Assembly (NCBI GenBank): GCA_964617475.1
Contig: CAZTYM010000001.1
Span: 100,085 to 164,084, forward strand
Reading direction: 5' to 3'
DNA: 64,000 bases
Source: an uncultured Thiotrichales bacterium
GTDB lineage: Bacteria > Pseudomonadota > Gammaproteobacteria > GCA-2400775
Both the position numbers and the translations under genes were made by a program. The stretch's first letter is position 1, and every line of letters starts with the position of its first letter. The notes beneath the pieces are model-generated. The model was not told where the DNA came from and did not search any database. It saw only the letters and a list, made by a program, of their open reading frames with translations. Shown piece by piece: positions 52,463 through 60,573 of the stretch.

Positions 52463-53269
52463 ATGAAGCGATACTCACACTACCTAGGTGCAATTGGTAC
52501 CAGCTGTTTGGTGGTAGCCGTATTATGGGTTTTGCCAGAGGAAGTGAGCTTATTTCTCAATATTCCGGGATTGTTCCTAGTTATTGGCGGTACTATTATC
52601 GCGACCTGTGTTAGTCGACGTCGTCGGCACGTGGTAAGTGTATTACGCTCATTGCCCGCATTAGTTTTCAACAAGAAAAACCCTAGCAACTTAAACGCAA
52701 AGGTTGATCGTTTTTTGGGTACAGCAGAGAGTTATCGTCGTTCTCGCATACGCATGACAGAAGAGATGGCAGCGCGTATAGGTGATGGCTTTGCCCAAAG
52801 CGGTATTGCTTTAGTGGTGGATAGAGTTGAACCCGCTGAAATGAATAAAATTTTTCAGTGGCGTATAAATGCTATTGCCTCCGCCGAGCAAGCAAAAATT
52901 CAAGTAGTTAAAACCATGGCCAATTTTGCACCTGCCTTAGGTATGCTGGGAACGCTAGTCGCTATGGTACACATGCTTTATGGATTAGAAAGTGCTGATA
53001 TTAACGAAATTGGTCGTTCAATGGCGTTTGCTATGATTACCACACTATATGGAATTATTATTTCTAATCTTATTTGTAAACCTCTAGCCATTAAAATGGA
53101 GCAAGCACTACAACAAAAAATGCTCGTGCTTAATATGTGGGTAGAAGGCATTAATGGTATGGCTGCAAAACGTCATCCGCAATTAATTAGAGAGGCAATG
53201 GACACATTCCTCATGCAAAACGAACAGTATGAAGCTGAAGTGCCGGCATTGGTATTAGCAACAAACTAA
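52463..53269 (+). CDS. motA: MotA/PomA-family stator protein (proton/sodium channel subunit A)
   Basis: Four-TM topology with a large cytoplasmic loop. APALGMLGTLVAMVHML and AMITTLYGIIISNLICKPLA align with PomA/MotA TM3-TM4 motifs. Confidence 0.75.
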   Translation: MKRYSHYLGAIGTSCLVVAVLWVLPEEVSLFLNIPGLFLVIGGTIIATCVSRRRRHVVSVLRSLPALVFNKKNPSNLNAKVDRFLGTAESYRRSRIRMTEEMAARIGDGFAQSGIALVVDRVEPAEMNKIFQWRINAIASAEQAKIQVVKTMANFAPALGMLGTLVAMVHMLYGLESADINEIGRSMAFAMITTLYGIIISNLICKPLAIKMEQALQQKMLVLNMWVEGINGMAAKRHPQLIREAMDTFLMQNEQYEAEVPALVLATN

Positions 53270-53291
53270 CGGTCTTTTGGGAGTTTACTTA

Positions 53292-54416
53292 ATGTCGGTA
53301 ACTAACAATAAAAATATGTCATGGGTTTCTATGGAAAAGCCAGAGCCTATTGCAGCGCGTAATAGTTCCTCTGATTCAGATGGCTGGGTCGTAAGTTATG
53401 CTGATATCTTATTATTGTTACTGACTTTTTTCATTTTGCTGTTTGCATTTTCGCGCGTTGGAGGCACCGACATGCGTGAAACTGAATCAGGACAGTCGGA
53501 AACATTATCTGAAGCAAAGCAAGAGCGAACAACTCAAACTGCTAGATTAGAATACGAGCTTGAACAAGTTGCTCCAGAATCTTTATTGGAAGCACCGTCC
53601 ACCGATAAACCTATCCGCCAGCTAATGGTTGTTGCCAGTAGCACAGGCACTAATTTTGTTGAGCAAGTGAAAGAAACTTCTGACCGAACTAGTGATGAGG
53701 AAAATAGCGAAGATATTGTTACTGGTCTAAATGTGGATGCTGAGACATTAGATCTTGCTGAGCAAGAAGAGAATTTAGACTTGGTCTATGAAATTGAGCA
53801 GGACATAAATAATAGCATTGCCTCAGAAGCAGACTTTTCTGAATCAGAAAATACTACTGCGCACATAATGCCTTATTCTATTGAAGCTGAGTACATCGAA
53901 GCTGAGCATATCGCAACTCACTTTCCCGAAGAAAATCACATTGCGCAACAGCATACCGTTGGTTTAACGATTGACGAGCAACTAGCTAGACTCAGCGCAG
54001 GTTTAACCTCAGATGAAATTGAACTTACCAGCGGCTATCAGTCTATAAATATAGAACTCAATAACAAAGTATTATTTTCATTAGGCGAAGCGAATTTATT
54101 AGCAGAAGGGCAGCAGTTTTTGAACGAAATCGTCGACATCATGCAAGGTAATGAATATTATGCCTCGATAGAAGGGCATACTGATAATTCGCCTATTTCT
54201 ACAGCGCGATTTCCCTCTAATTGGGAGCTGTCTTCAGCGCGTGCAAACTCTGTTGCACGTTATCTTATTGAGCAAGGTATTAATGCTCAGCGCTTGCGCA
54301 CAATTGGTTATGCGGATACTAAGCCGAAAGTAGATAATAATTCCGAAGAAGGTCGGGCCGTTAATCGACGTGTATCGATCATGTTTCATTTTGATGAAGA
54401 TACGCCCGTCACTTAA
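53292..54416 (+). CDS. motB: MotB/PomB-family stator protein with OmpA-like peptidoglycan-binding domain and long acidic linker
   Basis: VVSYADILLLLLTFFILLFAF plug/TM region. C-terminal OmpA-like domain (IEGHTDNSPIS...NWELSSARANSVARYL...NRRVSI). About 150-aa acidic, low-complexity linker. GGGAG SD before the ATG at 53292. Confidence 0.75.
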   Translation: MSVTNNKNMSWVSMEKPEPIAARNSSSDSDGWVVSYADILLLLLTFFILLFAFSRVGGTDMRETESGQSETLSEAKQERTTQTARLEYELEQVAPESLLEAPSTDKPIRQLMVVASSTGTNFVEQVKETSDRTSDEENSEDIVTGLNVDAETLDLAEQEENLDLVYEIEQDINNSIASEADFSESENTTAHIMPYSIEAEYIEAEHIATHFPEENHIAQQHTVGLTIDEQLARLSAGLTSDEIELTSGYQSINIELNNKVLFSLGEANLLAEGQQFLNEIVDIMQGNEYYASIEGHTDNSPISTARFPSNWELSSARANSVARYLIEQGINAQRLRTIGYADTKPKVDNNSEEGRAVNRRVSIMFHFDEDTPVT

Positions 54417-54419
54417 TGC

Positions 54420-55031
54420 ATGAGTATCATGAATAATTTCCTAAGTAGATATCTATTTGTCACCAGTACGTTCGTGCTGCTGCTGATGTCTCAGTTCGCC
54501 ATGGCTGGTATTGACGAAGGGATTGCAGCGTACAATAACGGCGATCACGCAACTGCCTATGATGAGTTTTTGCCCGTCGCAAAAGCTGGCGACAAAAAAG
54601 CGCAACTCTTATTAGGCTTAATGTATGACAATGGGCTTGGTGTTAAGAAAGACCACGACAGTGCTGCACAGTGGTACCGTAGAGCGGCGGAACAAGGACA
54701 ACCACGTGCACAATTCAACCTTGGTCTAATGTACGAAAGTGGTGAAGGCATCCAAGCTGACGAAGAACTCGCGCTCTCCTGGATTCGTAAATCCGCGGAA
54801 CAAGGTTATGCCGAAGCGCAAGATATGTTGGGCCGCTTTTACGAACATGGTAAGTACCTAGATAAAGATCTGGTCAAATCTCACATTTGGTATAGCCTGG
54901 CGGCTGGAAAGGGCGCGCGCGAATCTATAGCACCGCGAGAAAGAGTTGCAGCGCAGCTTAGCGAAGCACAACTCGCTGAGTCAGAAAAAATGGTTAACGA
55001 ATGGCAAAACGTCTTTCAACACGTGTTTTAG
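54420..55031 (+). CDS. Secreted Sel1-repeat protein (MotX-like candidate)
   Basis: Signal peptide and about four Sel1-like repeats (AQLLLGLMYDNGLGVKKD, AQFNLGLMYESGEGIQAD, AQDMLGRFYEHGKYLDKD). Vibrio MotX is a Sel1-repeat protein of similar size. Confidence 0.5.
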   Translation: MSIMNNFLSRYLFVTSTFVLLLMSQFAMAGIDEGIAAYNNGDHATAYDEFLPVAKAGDKKAQLLLGLMYDNGLGVKKDHDSAAQWYRRAAEQGQPRAQFNLGLMYESGEGIQADEELALSWIRKSAEQGYAEAQDMLGRFYEHGKYLDKDLVKSHIWYSLAAGKGARESIAPRERVAAQLSEAQLAESEKMVNEWQNVFQHVF

Positions 55032-55107
55032 AACAGTAAACTACTGGTCGTTCCACCTCACCTAGCAATCAATTATAATCGTCACTTTATCCTAGCCAGG
55101 TATTTCA

Positions 55108-55428
55108 GTGATGGAAGATATAAATCCACAAGAACTCAAAGACTTGCTTGAGCAAGCAAACCCACCCAAAGTTATCGATGTCCGTCAAGACTGGGAATAC
55201 GAAAAATGCAGCATCGATGGTTCGCTGCATATTCCCATGGATCAAATAGAAGACCACGTAGACCAACTAGACGTAGAAGAAAACATTGTTGTCGTCTGCC
55301 ACCACGGCATGCGCAGCGCGCAAGTTGCCCAATACCTCATTCAAAGTGGTTTCTCTAATATCTCAAATCTTGCTGGTGGTATTGATGCCTGGGCCAGAGA
55401 AATCGACCCCGCGATGGAACAGTATTAA
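55108..55428 (+). CDS. Single-domain rhodanese (sulfurtransferase), GlpE-like
   Basis: Active-site loop VVVCHHGMRSAQ; 106 aa. Confidence 0.75.
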   Translation: MMEDINPQELKDLLEQANPPKVIDVRQDWEYEKCSIDGSLHIPMDQIEDHVDQLDVEENIVVVCHHGMRSAQVAQYLIQSGFSNISNLAGGIDAWAREIDPAMEQY

Positions 55429-55864
55429 CTACTTACAAATATACTTATCCTTAGAATTTTACTTCTTTACTGTGATGGTAGAAGCAAAATAAATGATAGG
55501 GTTAGCAACTTGCTCAAGATAGTCGCTGACCCTGTAATTCTGAATGCCAAATCATGTGTTTTACCTCTTCTTTTTGTCTTTTTTCCTGATTTCTAAGTAG
55601 TTGATCTATCCTGTCGATACTATAAGGGTATATTACTTTTGTTGACTTAGCGTTGCTTTCGCTATTTGGTTTATTTTAGAAAAATCAAGGCGTTACAGGT
55701 ATATTTCACTTGCGCTTTTTGATGAAAGTAGTTAGTTTTATATTTACCATTGATTTGCATGCAGTTCAGGTCTTTGTTAGCGGAAGGCTCGATAATTATC
55801 CTTCTTAAAGTTGTGTGATTAAGCTGGGTAAACTGTTGCAATATGGGGAGGAAGGACAAGCAAG

Positions 55865-56794
55865 ATGTCACCTAATGCTATATTAATTAATAGTACTGGA
55901 ATCGAGAAGCGGGATATTACTATGGATTCGAACTTGGAATCGGTCATACTGGAACCTGATAGTGCGTTCGACAACCGCTTAGGGCAGATTCTCCTCAAGG
56001 AAGGGAAAATCAAGGAAAAAGATGTTAAACGCATTATTACCTATGCGCAAAAGAAAAAGATTCGTTTTGGTGAGGCCGCAATTAAACTCAGGGCTGCGTC
56101 TCGCAATGATGTTGAGCGCGCTATTGCCGCGCATTTTGACTATCCTTATCTGCTTAAAAACGAGGGTAATTTAAGCAAGGAATTGGTATCTGCTTACCGT
56201 CCTTTCACTACGAAAGCGGAAGATATTCGAAACCTAAGAAGTCAGTTAATTTCCAAGTGGTTTAATGATGAGCATAACTGCCTAGCGATTGTTAGTCCAA
56301 ATTCGGGCTCTGGCCGCAGTTATCTTGCCGCTAATCTTGCTATCGCTTTTTCTCAACTTGGGCATAAAACTTTGCTTGTTGATGCCGATTTACAAGATGC
56401 ACGTCAGCATAAAATTTTTGGACTAGATAATTCCATAGGTTTGTCTACGTTGCTTGTTGGTAATGATGATCTGGATTTACCAATCAGAAGTATAGAATTG
56501 ATAAATCGATTATATGTGATGACGGCTGGCGCAGCGCCGCCAAACCCTTCAGAACTATTATCGCGGGAGAAATTTAAACAACTCAAGAGTGTTGTTTCAA
56601 GTCGGTTTGACGTGGTGATTTTTGATACCTCACCTGGTGAGTTAGGTAATGCCGCTGAAGCCGTAGCTGAGGCTTGCGGAGGAGCGCTGATGGTATTGGT
56701 GCCTAATCGTACTCATCACACTGATGCTTCAACCTTTGTGGATAGAGTGAATGATAGAGCCACTGTAGTGGGTGCTGTGTTCAATAAACCGTAG
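55865..56794 (+). CDS. MshEN/T2SSE-N-like domain fused to BY-kinase (CapB/Wzc-type) P-loop ATPase domain with Walker A lysine replaced by Arg
   Basis: N-terminal RLGQILLKEGKIKEKDVKRIITYAQ and RFGEAAIKLRAASRNDVERAIAAHF resemble the tandem 24-aa MshEN/GspE-N motifs. The C-terminus aligns with BY-kinase catalytic domains (SPNSGSGRSYLAANLA vs SxxPGEGKT...NLA; LLVDADLQ...HKIFGL; PPNPSELL; VVIFDTSP). There is no C-terminal tyrosine cluster. Confidence 0.6.
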   Translation: MSPNAILINSTGIEKRDITMDSNLESVILEPDSAFDNRLGQILLKEGKIKEKDVKRIITYAQKKKIRFGEAAIKLRAASRNDVERAIAAHFDYPYLLKNEGNLSKELVSAYRPFTTKAEDIRNLRSQLISKWFNDEHNCLAIVSPNSGSGRSYLAANLAIAFSQLGHKTLLVDADLQDARQHKIFGLDNSIGLSTLLVGNDDLDLPIRSIELINRLYVMTAGAAPPNPSELLSREKFKQLKSVVSSRFDVVIFDTSPGELGNAAEAVAEACGGALMVLVPNRTHHTDASTFVDRVNDRATVVGAVFNKP

Positions 56795-56840
56795 TAATTA
56801 TTTGTTCTGATCTGTCTAAGAAATATTTTTGGAGAATGTT

Positions 56841-56969
56841 GTGAATCTTGATAAAAATAGTCGTGTTTACATTGCTGGATGTGGTGGTATGTTGGGAGAT
56901 GCAGTTTATGGCTATTTCTCAGAAAGAACGACGGTAAAAGCGACGGATATTGATCTTAATGTTGATTGA
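56841..56969 (+). pseudogene. Truncated N-terminal remnant of an NAD-dependent epimerase/dehydratase-family gene
   Basis: VNLDKNSRVYIAGCGGMLGDAVYGYF (Rossmann GxxGxxG) terminates after 43 codons. About 580 bp of non-coding sequence follows. Confidence 0.35.
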
Positions 56970-57546
56970 TTTGAATACTCCGATGTTAGGAGACTATGCT
57001 GGCATGGAGCAATCAATTACTGAGTTTATACTTGATTTGATCATTATGTGAATTTGGCTCTCCAGGTGGACGAGTGAATTATTGGCAGGGATGACAATCA
57101 AGAGATAGCAGCACTATCGATCTTCTCTTTATTCAAACTACTAAAAAAGATTCCTTTATAGCATTATCGTAACAGTTTCCGAGTCGACTCTTGCTCAGCA
57201 GCAGTCGGTGCTCCTGGCAAAATTGCTGCACTCACCTTTCCTTAATTATTGGCTGCTATAGGCACTAAGGAGTGTTGTCTTGCCATTAGTATGGAAAAGG
57301 TTTAGCAACTGCATAAGATGCAGCTTATATGGGAAAAAATAATTCTGATAAAATAAGAGAAGTCTGACAACGCTTGATTAAAGATAATCAATTAGTATCC
57401 ATCATAGCAGATAAGGATTATTACCGTGTTCATGCAAAGTCTCGCTGAGACGTTATTGTGCATCAATACCTTAATACCTTGAAGTGATGGAAAGCATTCT
57501 CGCATAATCCATAGAAAAGAACTCAAGCAAGTTCAATTCCTAAAAC

Positions 57547-59091
57547 TTAATTCATTCTTATTAAAAATTTTAACTTACTCGGCAAAATTTGCTGAATCAG
57601 CACTTTTTCGTCGTGTTTAAGTGGCAGTTTGACTAAAATAATAGCTAGAAATAATGTGCAGGCGGCTATTGCTGCAATAATTTCAATTAAACCTAGTGCT
57701 TTAAGCGCAAAACCGGCGGCTATGGATAATATAGTAATTGCTAATATAAGGAAGCTTAGCCTCCAATCAAACGTAAAAATATAGTCATATCGTCGCATAT
57801 ACACAGTAATAATAATTACTGATAAAACAAGGCCTGCAATATTTGCGATGGCAATAGACCATAGACCTAAGTGCGGAATAAGCGGAATCGCCAAGAATAT
57901 GGATGCTGATAGGGTTAGATTGCTAATAGTAAATATGCGAGTGTGTTCAACTGCTTTTACTAAAAGGTCTAGCACCACGTTAATGCTGGAAATTACTATT
58001 ACGGTATAGAAACCTAAAAATAGTAGAGAAGCATTTGTATATTTACCCGATGATATCCAATTAAATAGCGTCTCGCCGGCTACGGAAAAAAGGATAAAAA
58101 GCGGTACCAGTACGAGCAAATTTAAACGGAACAGGAAATTTCCCATAGAGACGATATGACTAAAATCATTATCTATGCTGTAGCGTGACATAAACTTCGG
58201 TCTTATCAAACCAACAAAAAGGCGAATTGGTGCAAACTTTCTTATATATTCTATTAATCTGTCTATCACACCGAATAAGGCAATGAGCTCTGTTGGCATA
58301 AAGTAAGAAACAAAGAGTCGATTCGCAGGACTACCGTAGGAAATGGAAGTAAGGTTTTGCATGTAACTCCACGCGCCGAATCTAAGATAACGATTTCGAT
58401 TTGTCATTAAGACACTGCTATCACCTAGGTGCTTTTCATGATCGTTTCTTCTGCGCACTATCAGCCAGCAAAGCAAAATAACTAGAGTTGCCGCTTCCGA
58501 AATGCCCTCAATAATGACAAAATTAGCTAGTGATAGTTGATCAATCGACATCGCAAATACCACTAGAACCAGTTTAATAAGACCACCAATAGCGGCACTA
58601 TATTGTGCTTCTTTCTGCCATAATAGGTTTTCCAATGCCATCACAACAAAAGTGGCGTTTGCACGAAAAAATCCGACTGCGAAATACCACGGTACTATCC
58701 ACAGCCAGTCTTGAAGTTTAAATGCGTTTGCTATTACTTCAATAAATGGAAGCAGTACTGCTATAAGCACAAGGTAAAGAACAGCCCTAAGCGCGATGCT
58801 ATACATCAGCAATTGGTACATTGGCTTGTTATTACTGTGGGTGCGCAGTTCTGGCACGAATCGATGTAATACAGAATTAACACCAAAAGAAGACACAAGC
58901 CCCATAATTCGAGTAAGGGCGTGCAGCGATGTATAGACCGCAAATTCGGCAATAGACAATGCACGAATAATTAGCAGTAAAACGACGAAGGTAGACCCAG
59001 CAGCAAATCCTTTCCCCAACACAAAATGAATAAAGCTCTTTCTAAATGCTTTGATACCATAGTGTTTTGATCCAGATAGAGGCATGCTCAC
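57547..59091 (-). CDS. Polysaccharide biosynthesis/flippase protein (Wzx-like, MOP superfamily)
   Basis: 514 aa with roughly 12-14 TM helices and the N-terminal pattern typical of PST/Wzx proteins. Confidence 0.65.
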   Translation of the reverse strand: MSMPLSGSKHYGIKAFRKSFIHFVLGKGFAAGSTFVVLLLIIRALSIAEFAVYTSLHALTRIMGLVSSFGVNSVLHRFVPELRTHSNNKPMYQLLMYSIALRAVLYLVLIAVLLPFIEVIANAFKLQDWLWIVPWYFAVGFFRANATFVVMALENLLWQKEAQYSAAIGGLIKLVLVVFAMSIDQLSLANFVIIEGISEAATLVILLCWLIVRRRNDHEKHLGDSSVLMTNRNRYLRFGAWSYMQNLTSISYGSPANRLFVSYFMPTELIALFGVIDRLIEYIRKFAPIRLFVGLIRPKFMSRYSIDNDFSHIVSMGNFLFRLNLLVLVPLFILFSVAGETLFNWISSGKYTNASLLFLGFYTVIVISSINVVLDLLVKAVEHTRIFTISNLTLSASIFLAIPLIPHLGLWSIAIANIAGLVLSVIIITVYMRRYDYIFTFDWRLSFLILAITILSIAAGFALKALGLIEIIAAIAACTLFLAIILVKLPLKHDEKVLIQQILPSKLKFLIRMN

Positions 59092-59142
59092 GAAGTATTA
59101 CCTTAAAGTTTGGTGGGGGTTAGGAGATAGCTAAAACAGTTA

Positions 59143-59979
59143 TTAAAGCCAATGCTTCAATGGTCGGTCAATTAGCTTCTCTAAACGCTTAATTTCGTTT
59201 TCAAAGCTTTCTTTCAATTGCTGCTTGGTAGCTTCTTTCATGGGTGGAATGACGGTATTGGAACTAGTGCGGTTTAAGTTACGGTATATTTTTTGAAAAC
59301 CTAGTTTACCTGTAGTATTCCATAACGATCCTAAACCGATTTTACGAATGATCGAACGGACACCATTCTTTATTGCTTCTGCTCCTGCAGACCGGTTTAC
59401 GTAGCTTTCGTTGGAGCGCTGAGTCAGCGCTGCGGACTGGTGATTGGGGTCAATTTCTAAGAACTGATAAACGCGTTTAGAAACGGCCACTGGGTCCTTA
59501 ATAACATCATCAAAAAGTAGAACGAGTAACTGCTCTTTTGGAAAATGCACTAGCCAGTTTTCTAAGTGCGTTGCGTAAAGCCCTTGTTCTATATAAGAGG
59601 GGTTGTTCTTCATTCCATATTCAAAACTCAAATCTTCGCCCTGAATGTGACCAGTGCGGACTTCATGTTGATGATTTGAGATGGCTCTTTGTTCAGGGTT
59701 TCTCAGTAGGACGATAAGCTTGACTTCTGGGTTGTATTGTTTGATTCGGGTGGGTACGGATACGCCGTGAAAATAAGAGGGTGATATTTCGCCGATTATT
59801 TTTTTGTTGGTGTCTATGAAATTACGTTCATACCACTCAAAGCCAAAGTCATAATAGTTGGAAAAAAAATCCAGTTCCTTTTTTTCGCTGACATATGCTT
59901 CAGGGTGGTCTGCAAGAATGTCATAAACCCAGGTTGAGGCACATTTTTGTGCTCCGATGCCAATGAACGTTGGCTTCAT
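59143..59979 (-). CDS. Sulfotransferase-family protein
   Basis: 5'-PSB-like IGIGAQKCASTW and 3'-PB-like LIVLLRNPEQRAISNHQH motifs. Confidence 0.7.
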   Translation of the reverse strand: MKPTFIGIGAQKCASTWVYDILADHPEAYVSEKKELDFFSNYYDFGFEWYERNFIDTNKKIIGEISPSYFHGVSVPTRIKQYNPEVKLIVLLRNPEQRAISNHQHEVRTGHIQGEDLSFEYGMKNNPSYIEQGLYATHLENWLVHFPKEQLLVLLFDDVIKDPVAVSKRVYQFLEIDPNHQSAALTQRSNESYVNRSAGAEAIKNGVRSIIRKIGLGSLWNTTGKLGFQKIYRNLNRTSSNTVIPPMKEATKQQLKESFENEIKRLEKLIDRPLKHWL

Positions 59980-60573
59980 TGTTTCAATTCTCCTTAGTGA
60001 GCGAGTAAGGAACGCCTAACAGAAAAAACTATTCCTCATAAATTCACGCTTTATATTGGCTATTATATCGCTGGATTGAATGATGACGCATGAATTCTGT
60101 ATTGCATCTCTTGTCTATATCGGATGCTAATGCGCCAATTGTAGTGCGCTTAACCGAAAGTACAACGATTTATGAAAAGTCTAGTCACGCTTAGCGCAAT
60201 GTCTGTATATCGAGCCTATCTCACTCGGTGTCTGTTATCTACCCTAACAGTAAAAAAATTGTTGTCCTATGTTTAGCTGTTAAATGAAGGTGTCGGAAAA
60301 CTTTACAGTATTGGTTTTGATAAGATTCAGGCCTTTCTACAACGCTCTTGGCTAAGGCTATGAGAGTAAACGAGTTATGTCGACTAGGCACTAAATTAGT
60401 TTGTCGAGAAACTTTACATTCACATGGTTACACGCAAGTTGTTATATCGATAAATAATGGTAAGTAATTGTAATGTAAAGAAAAAAAATAATTGGCCTAT
60501 TATATGCAGATCAACAATAGATTTAGTTAAATGTTGCTAATGCAACGGGAAATTCTTTGATTAAGGGATAGCG

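Noticed and set aside
52463-54416. MotAB-like pair as a Zorya-type (ZorAB) anti-phage system
   Set aside because: The MotA homolog is of normal stator length (268 aa) and lacks the long C-terminal tail of ZorA. No ZorC/ZorD-like genes follow; a Sel1-repeat MotX-like protein follows instead. A flagellar or Pom-type stator is more parsimonious.
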